Shown here piece after piece: positions 52,187-64,000 of a stretch of DNA of 64,000 nucleotides; position 1 is the stretch's first letter, and each line of letters starts with the position of its first letter. Location of the stretch: contig JBHGNT010000003.1 of NCBI GenBank assembly GCA_043228905.1, forward strand, positions 4,464,001 through 4,528,000, in the 5' to 3' direction. Both the position numbers and the translations under genes were made by a program. Below the pieces are notes generated by a model. It was not told where the DNA came from. It worked only from the letters and a program-made list of their open reading frames with translations, and did not search any database. The stretch comes from Azolla caroliniana (taxonomy: Eukaryota > Plantae > Polypodiophyta).

Positions 52187-53039
52187 TGACAGGAATTGCA
52201 CGCTCCCTATACGCAACGCTCGGCCACAACCGAGCTTAGAATCATACACAGAAAACGGGAAATAATGAACGACACGAAGAAGAGACGAGTACGCAGGATG
52301 TTTACGTGGAAAACTCAAACTAAGGGAAAAACCACAGCAGCTCACAGGCTGCAAACTATCACTATGCTAGAATGTACAACAGTGAGTTCACGGAGGCAAC
52401 GACCTCGCGCTCACAATCCTCGCCACAGGCGGCGGTTACAACAGAGGCAACGGCCTCTCTCTCTCTCTCTCTCTCTCTGTACACAGTTCCACGCTGTCTC
52501 TCTCCTTGCACCAACAAGAATAATCATAACTAAAAGTTTGCCCTAAGTCATATTTATACTAATATGACTTTTCGGCTATTTACAAATATAGCCATGATGG
52601 ACTCTCATAAACATATTTACGAATATGTCTCTTCATCCGGTCTCGACCGGGTCTGCACCATCCAGCTCTCTGTAGTCAGGTACTCCTCATCCGGTTCTCG
52701 ACCGGGTCTGCACCATCCGGCTCTCCGTAGCCGGGTACTCCTCATCCGATTCTCACCGGGTCTGCACCATCCGGCTCTCCATAGCCGGGGACTCCTCATC
52801 CGGTTCTCACTGGGTCTGCACCATCCGGCTCTCCGTAGCCGGGGACTCCTCATCCGGTTCTCACCAGGTTTGCACCATCCGGCTCTCCGTAGCCGGGGAC
52901 TCCTCATCTGGTTCTCACCGGGTCTGCACCATCCGGCTCTCCATAGCCGGGGCCTCCTCATACGATTTCGACCTCGGCCGAGTTTGTTCATCAACACTGT
53001 TCTTCTCCCTTCCCATCCGGAGGGACCTGTCTCCCAACA
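52187..53039 (-). mobile_element. Solo LTR of the 54-bp-repeat family
   Basis: TSD GAAGT on both sides; about 6 repeat units. Confidence 0.92.
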
Positions 53040-56000
53040 GAAGTGGATTATATGAAGCATTTTTCTTGTTATGAGGATGAGTGAAGATGGTGGTGCCGTC
53101 GAAGCATACTATAGAGAGTGGGTGAGGAAAACTTTAGATTAACTGCTTGTGTTAATACAGAATGTTTATGGACAGTGCCAACTTATCAAACAATTATGTG
53201 GGTTAAAAAAAGACAAAGGCTTCACACGCTTATAACACTGGACAATGGAAGTATGCAAGCCACAATCTTTAAACCAAGGGGACATATAGTTTGCATTCAG
53301 TATGGAGGCCTTGACAATCTTCTCGAGGCATCAAACAAAGAGAAAAACAGAGAGTATTGGGATCTTGAATGGAACATCCCTTGAGGACTCTTGATCACCC
53401 AGAACGGGTGAAAGAAGATGGCTATTTACAGCCTGCAACATGTTATGGAGATTGAAGGTTCTTGATTGCATAACAAAAGGGTATAGATTGCATTTTACCT
53501 CGTTTGGTAGACCTTTGTGGAAGCTTTTTATAGAACAATTTTCAGATTGATTGTTTACTTTACTCTATGTTGGAGTCAACTTTTCATCAAAACTTTTGTT
53601 TTTTCAACCAACATCTTATAAAGATGTTTTGGGGAAATTTTTGTATGTTGTTATGACTTTTCTAAATACTAATGGAAGTATACTTTCTTTTGAAAAAAGA
53701 AGAAGTTGAAGATCTATTTAGTGTTGAATCATTCCGGTTCAACACCAGTCTTATGCCACCATGTAATATTGGTTTACGGTAATACAAATTCTTTTCACCT
53801 TGTCTTATTATTGTCTTCTCATTTGTTATTATCTTCTTTTCTTGGACATCGACATCTTCTTCGAAGCTTGGGTCATGACAGTTTGAACCAAAATCTACTA
53901 AAACAAAACTCTGAGTATCTAGCCAAATCTTCTTGTCACAATGGAGACAGTTAGAAAACAAGAGTATATGCATATTCTATCCAAACTTGACCTCCTAACA
54001 ACAAAATTTGTCACATTAGAACACGAGAATCAAAAACTTCTTGGTGACATACAACATGTGAGTGTTGAAAAGGCACAACAACATGAGGAACTCTCAAAAC
54101 GTGTCCAACAACTTGAAGTCGTTATGTTATCTCTTTGACAACAAACATATGTCGACATGCCTTAGATCAAAGCAAACATATGTTGCAACATTAGCCTCAC
54201 CAGCTTTAGAACCAATGCAAGTTCCCAATCCTAATTCTTTTAATGGACCTACTCCAATGGAGATTGATGCGGCACATCGTCGAGGTCCTTTGTCTGAAGT
54301 CGAGAAACAACGACGTCGAGCAAATCAACTTTGCCTATATTGTGATGGTCCAAGACATATAGCAATACATTGTCCACATCAACCAAAGAGACAATTAAAC
54401 CAAGTTAAGTGTTGTCGAGAATTTTGATTCATGTTCCCTAGTCAAAGTAAATAAACCAAGAACTCCTATCAATGGCCCTCAGTCCAACAGTTTTGATGTT
54501 CTAAGCCAATTGGATGGCTTGTTAAATGAGTAAGTCTAACCAAAATCGGAGCCATTTGGTTGGACCAACCAAAGCATATAGAACTTGTTCCTAGCTTAGG
54601 TTCCATTGCATCGAACTGAGTTAGTGAAGTTTTAACGCCATAAGTTCAACTCAGCCCATCAAGATGTCATGAAGTTCTTGCATCTGCGCTCTTGGATTCA
54701 GGAGCCAACTCATGTTTCATGGATCGGGATTTTGCCATAACACAATAAATTATACTATATTAGCTTCCTTGTCCAGCATCTGTAGTAGTAATCGATGGAC
54801 GTTCTATTGCATCATGAGATATTACTGAAGAATCAGAGCCTATTTGTGTAGTTCTTGGTAATTTAGCTTGTGTAATATCTTTCAATATCATAAGTAGTCC
54901 TGAATGTCCAATTGTTCTTCGGTTGTCTTGGTTCGAACTTCATAATCCTAGGATTGATTGGAAGAAGCATGAAATCATAGATTCATGAGACAACAACAAT
55001 TCAAAGCTCCTCACCACGTCAACCATTGCTATGGATGAAGGTTCTAGATTGGAAGACACCAAGCTCAGTTCATGATTTTCAATGTTTCTTGGGATTTGCA
55101 AATTTCTACCACAAGTTCATCAGGAGTTACTCAAAAGTTGTTTTGCCCCTCACAGAACTAACACAAAAAAACCAACCATTTGTATGGACATCAAGCATAG
55201 CAAATGCATCTGATTTTGCACTAGGAAGTGTTCTATCGCAAAATGCACATGATGAGAAATTGCATCCAGTTGCATTTCATTCAAGAAATTTTGAACCTAC
55301 AGAAATCAATTATGAAATCCATGACAAAAAATTGTTGGCAATTTTTTTATTCTTTCGAACAATGGCGTCCCTTCTCAGAAGGCTCTCCCCACCAAATTGT
55401 TGTTTACAATGATCATAAAAACCTCACATACTTTCAAAATGCTCGGGTCCTAAATTGACCACAAGCTCGGTGGGCACAATTTCTGACATGGTTCAACTTT
55501 GTGATAACATATCGACCAGGAATACAACAAGGTAAAGTTTATGCCTTATCAAGACGCTCTTATTTTGCACCAAAATCGGGGGACCTAACTTATGACCATC
55601 AAGAACAAGTCCTTTTAAGTCCTAGTCGTCTACAATTAATGGTGACAAATGTTGCTGAGACAACTTTGGATTCAAAATTTCTTGATTTTATTCGCTCGAG
55701 CATTGCCTCAAATGATTTTGCAGAAGATATTTTAGATCACATTGTCCTAGATCGTGCTTCTTGTTCACGCTCCAAGTTTTCTCGCATGGATTATGGGAAC
55801 TTCAGTTGGCATGATGGGTTGCTTTTTCAAAACAACCATACTTATACTCCCAATGGACCTTCTCGACTTGAAGTCTTGCATCACTACCATGATTCACCAT
55901 TAGTTGGACATATCGGAGCTAGTTACCCAAAACTATTGGTGGCCTCAAGTTCGTCAATTTGTGATAGACTATGTTTCTACTTGTGATGTATGTTGTCGAT

Positions 56001-58053
56001 CAAAGATGCCTCGACATCGGCCATATGGTTTGTTGCACCCATTGCCCATTCCAGATGGTCCATGGAAATCCATTTCTATCGATTTCATCACAAATCTCCC
56101 ATCTTCCCAAGGCTATGATGCTATTCTTATAGTGGTGGATCCCTTTACAAAAATGACACATTTTCTTCCATGTAGAAAGACTTTTACTAGTCAAGAAATG
56201 ACAAATCTTATTCTGCGAGAAATTTTCAAGCATCGTGGCCTTCCAGATGAAATCATTAGTGCTCGTGGACCAGAATTTATTGCAAAGTTTTGGACACACT
56301 TACTTGAGATCCTTAGAATTTCTCGTAAACTATCTTCAAGCTACCATCCTCAAACCGATGGTCAAACGGAATGCACAAATCAAACATTAGAACAATATCT
56401 CCATTGCTTTATCAACTATCCACAAGATGATTGGATAGATTTCTTACATATGGCAGAATTTGCTTACAATAATTCAATCCATTCTTCTACGGGATTCACT
56501 CCATTCTTTGCAAACACAAGATATCATCCTCGATGGATGATGCATTTCGTCTAGACCTGCCTTCACATATGCGTCTTCATCTAGTATTTCAAGTTTCATT
56601 GTTAGAACCATGGACATCAAGCTCTATCCCAAATCGGGTTATTCCACCACCACCTCCGGTTCAACTTGCTAAAGGACCCGAATATGAAGTAGAAGCTATT
56701 TTGGACTCCAAGATTGTCTGCAATAAGTTATATTATCTGATAGATTGGCTTGGATACACACCTGCCTATCGAACATGGGAACCTGCAACAAATGTCACTA
56801 ATGCCTCTAAACTTATACAAGAGTTTCATCTTCGTTATCCCCATAAACCAAAACCTAGTTCATGCATTGCGACTCATGGAACTCGTCGTGAAAGGAGGGG
56901 ATGATGTCACAAAATGTCAATATGAAGATATGAACTTGTGACCTTAAACAAGGATCTTACACTCTAACCATTACACCAACTTATTTTAATTAATAAGTAT
57001 ATTTTCATATTATTATTATTAAAGAATTATGGACCACTAGACATAGTAGATGACCTCCAAATGGCATGTATGCATGTATGCCACGTGGCACATAACATGT
57101 ATGTCAAATGGCGATCATGTACAATCCGATGTATAGTATATAAGTCGAAGATCTGGTTAGTGTTGAACCATTCCGGTTCAACACCAGTCTTAAACCACCT
57201 TGTAATCTTGGTTTACGGTAATACAAATTCTTGTCATCTTGTCTTGTTATTGTCTTCTCGTTTGCTATTATCTTCTTTTCATGGACACTGACATCTTCTT
57301 TGAAACTTGGGTCGCGACACCCTTGCGCGATGATCTGGCCTTCTTCTTCAATGATGCATCCGAGGTGTGTGAACCGAACCTGCATCCCTTGATTGACAAT
57401 CTGTCCAACTGATACCAAGTTCTTCATGATTGTCGGGACATGTAGAACGTTCATTAGTCTCCCCTTCTGTCCAACATGGCTTAGGAGGACACCCACCAAC
57501 ATGTTTGATGGGATGTGAGGTGTCGTCTCCGGTTTCGACAACCCCCGATTGTTCCTGTTTCTCCAAATATGAACCACTCTTCGTGGCTCGTCATGTGGTT
57601 TGACGCTCCGGAATCGACATACCACACCTCGTTCGGTTTCTAGGTGCTTGTCTTCATTGAATTTTCCTTGTGTTTCATCACAAAGGTTGGGCCCTTTCCG
57701 GTTCCTTCCGATCCTCCGGCATAGTGTGATCGTTGCCGATTTCCCTATTTGGGTTTGCCCAATCCGGATTTGTCCAAATCAGCCTTCTTTTTCTAGCACT
57801 CACGTTCCTTGTGGCCTTTCCGACCACAATACCAACATTCCGTGCCGGCTTTCCCTTGCCGGTTTTCGGCACTACCTTGACTCCCCTTGCTTGTGGAGGG
57901 TCCGGAATTGTTGTCGGCATGCCAATTATGCCTTTGATTCTACCCTTGTCGGCTGCCACCATTGCGTTCCGATCCACCTCGTCCTCCATGACCACGGGGT
58001 CGATCTGCCTCCATGTACAACATCTGGTTGTTAGATTGCATGCTCCTTGACGT

Positions 58054-60591
58054 TGTCGTGTGAATCTTCTCACACTATTTAAATAATAATAATAATAAAA
58101 TAAGTACTTTATATTAGATTAATGGCATGTTATAGAAGATGGATGTTGAGAAGATAGGGAAAATAGAACTATTATTTATCCCACATAGATAGGAAACATA
58201 AGGCCCTGGCTATATAAGCACCTTGAGACCCTCATTTTCATTTGTGCTAAGAGCACTTTGGCCACTTTGTCTTCATGGATGATGCTAGCCAAGTTCCCAA
58301 AAACTGGAAACCGGCCGGTAAGCAATCCGGAACCGACCGATAAGCAAAACCAAAAACCGGTCGGGAAGCAAACCAAAACTGGCCGAGAATCAAACTAGGT
58401 CGGTAAGCAAAATCGGAAACCGGTCGGTAATTAAACCGAAACCAGCCGGTAAGCAAAATCGGAAATCGACTAGTAAGCAAACCGGAACCGGCGGCGATAA
58501 TCGACGGCTGAACAGAACCGGCGACCGGACGAGGCTGCATGCAAACTGAACGGATAAAAGGATCATGTGGCTAATTAAAGTGAAGTGAAGAAAACTAAAG
58601 TAAAGGTCATGTGGACGGTCGCATGCAACTAAAAGAAAAAGCCATGCAACTAAAAATAGATGCAACTAAAAGAAAAAGCTAAGCAACTAAAAGTAGAGGC
58701 CATGCAACAAAAAGTGGACATGCATATGATCAATTGGGAACTCCATATAAAATTCCATCTTTTTTTTACACTCATTCTCTCTCCATACTATTTTTCTTTT
58801 CTTTCTTAACTCCCTTATCTTATCAAAGCCAAAAACCCTAATTTCCCTACGGAACCCATACGACTCATAAACCCTAATTTCCCTATGGAAGCCATAAGAC
58901 TCAAAAAGCCTAATTTTCCCTACGGAAGATCTATCACTCATAATTCCAAATTTTTCCATACGGAAGCTATTCAACTCATAAACCATAATCTCTTATCAAA
59001 GCCAAAAAACCCTAATTTTCCATTGAATCCATATCTCAAATTCTTCTAATCTACTACTCTAGCAATCTCCATTAACTAAACTTTTTGTAATCCCAATCTT
59101 GGGATTGATTGTAATCTTTCTTTCTATTTATTAATGAAATTTGTCAATCTTTCTTATTTCCATTAATTGTTTAATATAAACATACGAATCTGATATCCTC
59201 TGGTCGGAGGCCCCGGGGTCCTGCCTCAAGTTCACATGTCCTCATCGTATTTTCACGTGTTGTGTAAATCTTCACACACTATGTAAAAAAATATTGAAAT
59301 AAGTATTTTAGATTAGATTAGTAGCTTGTTATAGAAAAATGGATGTTTGAGAAGAAAGGGAAATTAGAACTATGATTTATCCCACATAGATAGGAAGTTT
59401 GACAACAATGGGAAAACTAGGACTATGATTTATTCCACATAGATAAGAAACTTAAGGCTCTGGCTATATAAGCACCTTGAGATCCCTCATTTTTCATTTG
59501 TGTTAAGAGCACTTTGTCCACTTTGTCTAGAAGGATGAATGTGGCTAAGTTCCCAAAACCGGCTGGCAATAAAATGGAATTGGCCAGTAATGGGAACCAA
59601 ACCAAAACCGATTAGCAAGCAAACTGAAACCGAAACTGGCGGCAAGCTTATCGGACCCGGCCGGCAAGCAAATCCGGAAACCGGCCGGTAAGTAAACCAA
59701 AATCGACGGCGAAGCCGGCAAGGCAATGACAATCGGCGACCGAACGGAACCGACGACCGGACGAGGCTGGACGCAAACCAAACGGATAAAAGGATCATGT
59801 GGCTAATTAAAGTAAAGTGAAGAGAACTAAAGTAAAGGCCATGTGGACGCAAGCAACTAAAGTTGGAGTGCATGCAAAAAGTAAAGGTGATGTGGAAGGT
59901 GTGCAACAGAAAGGTGGAGATCATGCAACAAGCTAGAGTCAAGTGAAGAAAACTAAAGTAAACGCCATGTGGGACGCATGCAAGGGAAGGAGAGAAAAAA
60001 AAGGAAGAATCCATCAATCAAGAAGGGGGCTATCACTCATAATTCCTATTTTCCATACGGGGGAATGAAGATAACTCTCATAAACCCTAAATTCCCTACG
60101 GAAGCAATAACACTCAAAAACCCTAAAATTCCCTATGGAAGCCATAACACTCATAAATCATAATTTTCCATACAGGAGAAGGAAGTTATCTCTCAAGTAA
60201 ACCCTAATTTCTTAATCAAAGCCATACAACTCAAAAACCCTAATTTTCCCTATGGAAGATCTATCACTCATAATTCCAAATTTTTCCATACGGAAGCCAT
60301 TCAACTCATAAACCATAATCTCTTATCAAAGCCAAAAAACCCTAATTTTCTATCGAATCCATATCTCAAATTATTCTAATCTATTACTCTAGCCATCTCC
60401 ATTAGCAAACTTTTTGTAATCCCAATCTTGGGATTAATTGTAGTCTTTCTTTCTACTTGTTAATGAAATTTGTTAATCTTTCTCATTTCGATTAATTCTT
60501 AGTACATAAATACACGAATTTGATATCCTCTAGTCAAAGGCCCTAGGGTCTTGCCTCAACGTTCACATATCCTTTTCGTATTTTCATGACA
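58054..60591 (+). mobile_element. Two head-to-tail family-X LTRs (58054-59257, 59258-60591) inserted in copia gag
   Basis: Both start TGT(C/T)GTGT(G/A)AATCTTC. The second ends TTTTCATGACA and the first lacks its terminal ACA. Flanks ACGT/ACAC form a degenerate 4-bp TSD. Confidence 0.8.
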
Positions 60592-61435
60592 ACACACCCA
60601 GGTGATTTTCTTCGACCAAGAGCATTGATTGCAGGTCGAAGAATGACAATGGCTTCTCTCCCTTGTGCAAATGGTCGTTCAAATCGGCCTGTACCTTTGA
60701 GCTAGAACACCAAGGCAGATCTGTATCATCTCGTCCTCATCCACCGTCACATTGATGGATCCCAAGCCATCATAGATCTCCTTGATTTTGGTGGTGTAGT
60801 CGGTCACCGTCATATCCTTTCATCAGATATTGTTGCGGTCTTGCCGGAGCTACAAGTTCGGGGCCATGGTACTCGCGGCAAAAATCTTTTTCAGATTTTC
60901 CCAGGCCTCCGTCGGCGTCTTCGCATCTCGAATGTAGCCCATCATCTGATCGTGCACATTGGACACAAAGCAATAGAGAACTCTACTCGTCGCCTATTCC
61001 CAAGCCGAAAAATCCTTGTGTGCTGAATCCAGTGCTACTTCGTTTACTCCTTCACATAGCTCTAGTAATCGTGCCCAAGCAGGTACTAGTGCATCTTGTA
61101 GGACCAAGATGTGTAGTTGCTCCGATCAGAGCTTTTCTATGGGAAGTGAGCTTCCCATTCCTCTGTCCATTTCCTCCTTGTCTGTTCTTACCATGGTTTA
61201 GGGTTTGTTTGTGTTGCAACTCCTGTCGGCATCAAAGGATTCTCAACCCTGACGCTCTAACACCATATAAAGATTAGCGTGCAAAAACTAAAAACAAATA
61301 CAATTGGCTCAACCGGACAACAACAAAAACAACACAGAGAAAACAATGGAGAGAGAACACATAGTATGGGGGAGAAGATAGAGAGAGCAAAAGACTAAAA
61401 CTCAATTCAAAATAATAACGCTCTGTACATACAAA

Positions 61436-62069
61436 TAGCATTGGGCCCGGTTCGGTTCGGTTTCTTGGCCTTGAAACCAAACCAAACCATTTATTAATAA
61501 TAAAAACCGAACCAAACTGTTTTAAAATTTATGAAGCCATTTAAACCGAACCATTAAACCAATTCGTTTAAAGAATAGGAGAAACCAAACCGTTTACGAA
61601 AAATTTAAAACCAAACCAAACCGGTTTATCATAAATCAAAACCAAACCATTTTTTATTGATATTAATCATCATACTTATTATAAATTTGTGTGAGAAAAT
61701 CATCATAAATTTATTCATCATACTCATCATAAATTTTGTCATCATACTTATTATAATTGATCATCATAAATGAAAAGAAGACTCTACATATAATACATAT
61801 AAAATTTAATAAATTAAAACAAGAGTTTAAAATTAAAAGTTGAAAGTTAGAGCCAATAGAGAATATTTTTGAGTATTTTTTAACCTATAAACCTTTAAAC
61901 CGAACCACATAAACAGAAACTGATAAACCAGTAAATTCAAAACCAAACCGAAACCAATTAGTAACATTTGAAACCAAACCAAACCGTTTATTTATCTTTG
62001 AACCTATAAACCCTTAAGCCACGATTTTTCGGTTCGGTTCGGTTTGAGCCGAAACCGGGCCCATTACTA
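61436..62069. mobile_element. hAT-type MITE inserted in the copia LTR
   Basis: TIR TAG(C/T)A(T/A)TGGGCCCGGTT, perfect 8-bp TSD CATACAAA, and many AAACC/AACCG subterminal motifs. Confidence 0.9.
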
Positions 62070-62353
62070 CATACAAACATGCTCAGAGAGCACTTTTATA
62101 CAAGTCCTTGAAAGGAGTGATAGAAGTACTAACACGTACTTCAATGCTCATAATTGAGCTACTAACACAAACTCCCAAAAATATGTCTATCTACTAGACT
62201 AGGATCGTAGGCCTCTAACGGTCTACCGGCTCACGCGGATCCGGCTCTCTGATCCGATCCGATCCGATCCGGGCCTACCCGATCGGTCTTCATCCTATCC
62301 CGCACTCGGCTTATTCAGTCGATCCTGCCCAAGTTGAGCTTGCTTGCTCAACA

Positions 62354-63140
62354 GTTAGGAAATGATCTATTTTTTGACACTTGCGGTATCTAATGGGAAT
62401 GGGTGTTACAAATGGTCAATTGACTAAATGGATGTCTAGTAAGTTAAGGGATAAATTCATGTATTGGAAGTCACAATCTTGGTCATCTCATGTATGCTTG
62501 AAGGACGTACAATATATTATGGAACCCATGATATTATATTACTTGGCATTGTTGCCATGGACAAAGAAGGCTTTGCATTTTGTTTTGCAACCTCTTTGCT
62601 ATTTGTTGTGAAGGAAGAGGGATAAGATGGGAATCACATGGGTTGCATGGATTGATCTAACAACCCCTAAGCGCTTTGGGGGAGTTGGAATATTGGACTT
62701 ATCTATGCATATGATGGCTCTTAGATTTTCGTTATTACAAGACATGTGTTCAAACTCACGACCATGGATATATATTATTCAATATTTGATTGAGAAAAGG
62801 GTCTAACACATGGGAGGACAACGATTAAAGTTTCATGACAGATGTATCACACTTAAGATTCTTCGTTGTTCATGTGTTCAACACTTGGTTATCAAGAAGC
62901 ACCCTTGTTATGTGTATGGAAACCATCATTTAGTAAAGAGCATTATAATTCATTGCAAAAAGAGTTATTTGTGTCTTTTCGGTTATTATTTTGGCCTAGA
63001 AAGGAGAGATTGAGCGTTCAATTTAATTGTTTGGGGGTCAAAGAGATGGGAGATACAGTTGAGGCTCCATCGTTACCATCAAATACAAAATCATTGCCCA
63101 TAATATGGTGGGTGACCATACTCTATTGTGACGCCCATTG
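62354..63140 (+). mobile_element. Degenerate L1-type LINE ORF2 fragment (post-RT region)
   Basis: RYL..G...KFMYWKSQSW...VAWIDLTTPKRFGGVGILDL resembles the L1 motif W..+..PK..GGLG+.D. Confidence 0.6.
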
Positions 63141-64000
63141 TAAGTAGTGTTTTTCACACACATTTATTAATATAATTGTGTGTCTTCACCGAGAGAGAGA
63201 GATTAATATCCAATAGGATCAAAATGAAACAATTTTATGCAAAGGTTGAAAGTGAGGAAGAAGACAATAATGATCACTCTGGAAAACCAAATTACTAGTA
63301 CTTACCTATATGCAAGAAAATATAGATATTTGAAGCCTCGTTGGAAAACAGACCATGGGATTAGTGGATGATCATGAAAACAAATTTTGAAAATTTCAAT
63401 TTGGTTATTGAAGGACTCAAAGGAAATTCTTACTTACGAAGACACAAAATGATTTCATATCCATGATAAAAAAAGATCAATCAAGGAGATGAATAGGCAC
63501 AATTATAACTAGGAACATCAACTAGTAAATAGGTTGACACCAAACAAAATGTTCAAACATTCTATGTTACTTCGTTATTTCATTGGTAGTGTAAGAAAAA
63601 TAAATAAAAAATTATTGAAGGAAAAAGGGTGGAATATGGTGCTTTGTTTAATGAAATGGTGGAAAATGTAAATATTGCATAAAAGAGACTTGAAACAACC
63701 AAAGGAAAAAAGTTGCGTTTTTTTAACATGAGATGTAAACATTCTTATTCAAATCATTCTTGGAAGATAATTAACAATAAAGAAAGTTTAAGCTTTCATT
63801 AATATATATTCTAATATAACTATATATTGCCTATTTTATCTTCATGATCAAACCTAGTTGTTATTGATGAATAACATGACAACAATGTATGAATATAACC
63901 AAGTTTGCGGTTTGGCACGAAGTTGATAGGTAGAATAGAAAGATTTGTGCTATCCAATGAAGAAAGAAGTGGATACCAATGAGGAGTGTCGTGTCAATAG

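Larger units (their letters stand above)
50798..53702 (+). mobile_element. Unclassified insertion with an 11-bp TSD inside the Tcn1 #2 5' LTR
   Basis: AAGTTGAAGAT is duplicated at 50787-50797 and 53703-53713 and is single in the 3' LTR. A-rich 3' end, no TIR seen. Confidence 0.65.
50557..57319 (+). mobile_element. Tcn1-like chromovirus #2 (RT core deleted)
   Basis: TSD CCCTT. 5' LTR 50557-53880 (interrupted) and 3' LTR 56905-57319. PR LLDSGANSCF, RNase H, integrase, chromodomain EYEVEAILDSKIVCNKLYYLIDWLGY, PPT GAAAGGAGGGGATGA. Confidence 0.9.
49438..62353 (-). mobile_element. Ty1/Copia element, 5' half (LTR 61266-62353, gag, PR, integrase), interrupted by three insertions
   Basis: PBS TGGTGTTAGAGC at 61254-61265 (degenerate tRNA-iMet site), CWYCGRKGHKEREC, WYVDSGASNHMT, LWHKQIGHVN, LIHSDVWG and FYWAEAV. 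RT/RH and the 3' LTR are not found. Confidence 0.85.

Noticed and set aside
16451-64000. Idea that the last LOG exon lies beyond a giant TE-filled intron
   Set aside because: A good terminal exon (AG|GAA TTT GTG CCT...TGA) is present at 16542-16631.

Overview
Eukaryotic, repeat-dense window from a land plant. A non-seed plant such as a moss, lycophyte or fern is inferred from the Tcn1-type chromoviruses. One intact host gene is present: a 7-exon LONELY GUY (LOG) cytokinin-activating phosphoribohydrolase at 13937-16631 (+). Most of the rest is nested transposable elements, and many boundaries can be fixed by target-site duplications (TSDs). These are: an RTE-like LINE; a very young, almost intact non-chromovirus Ty3/Gypsy element (B, 21549-28910); several related non-autonomous or truncated relatives with different LTRs (A, C, D, E, X); two Tcn1-like chromoviruses; a Ty1/Copia element; copia-type solo or truncated LTRs; two hAT-type MITEs; and L1 remnants. 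The main unexplained signals are four. (1) Five different Gypsy LTR families each carry, in U3, a tRNA-gene-like A-box/B-box module with exact or near-exact tRNA spacing but no cloverleaf, and a convergent pair of such modules sits at the LOG/TE-block border. (2) Element B has a -1 frameshift signal (G_GAU_UUU plus an H-type pseudoknot) placed after the protease. (3) A shared cis-signal set (tRNA-Trp PBS, U5 motif, pre-PPT hairpin, 4-bp RYRY TSD) links B to otherwise different LTR families. (4) The Tcn1-like elements show Tf1-style self-priming signatures. All alignments and folds were done by eye and no database searches were run.
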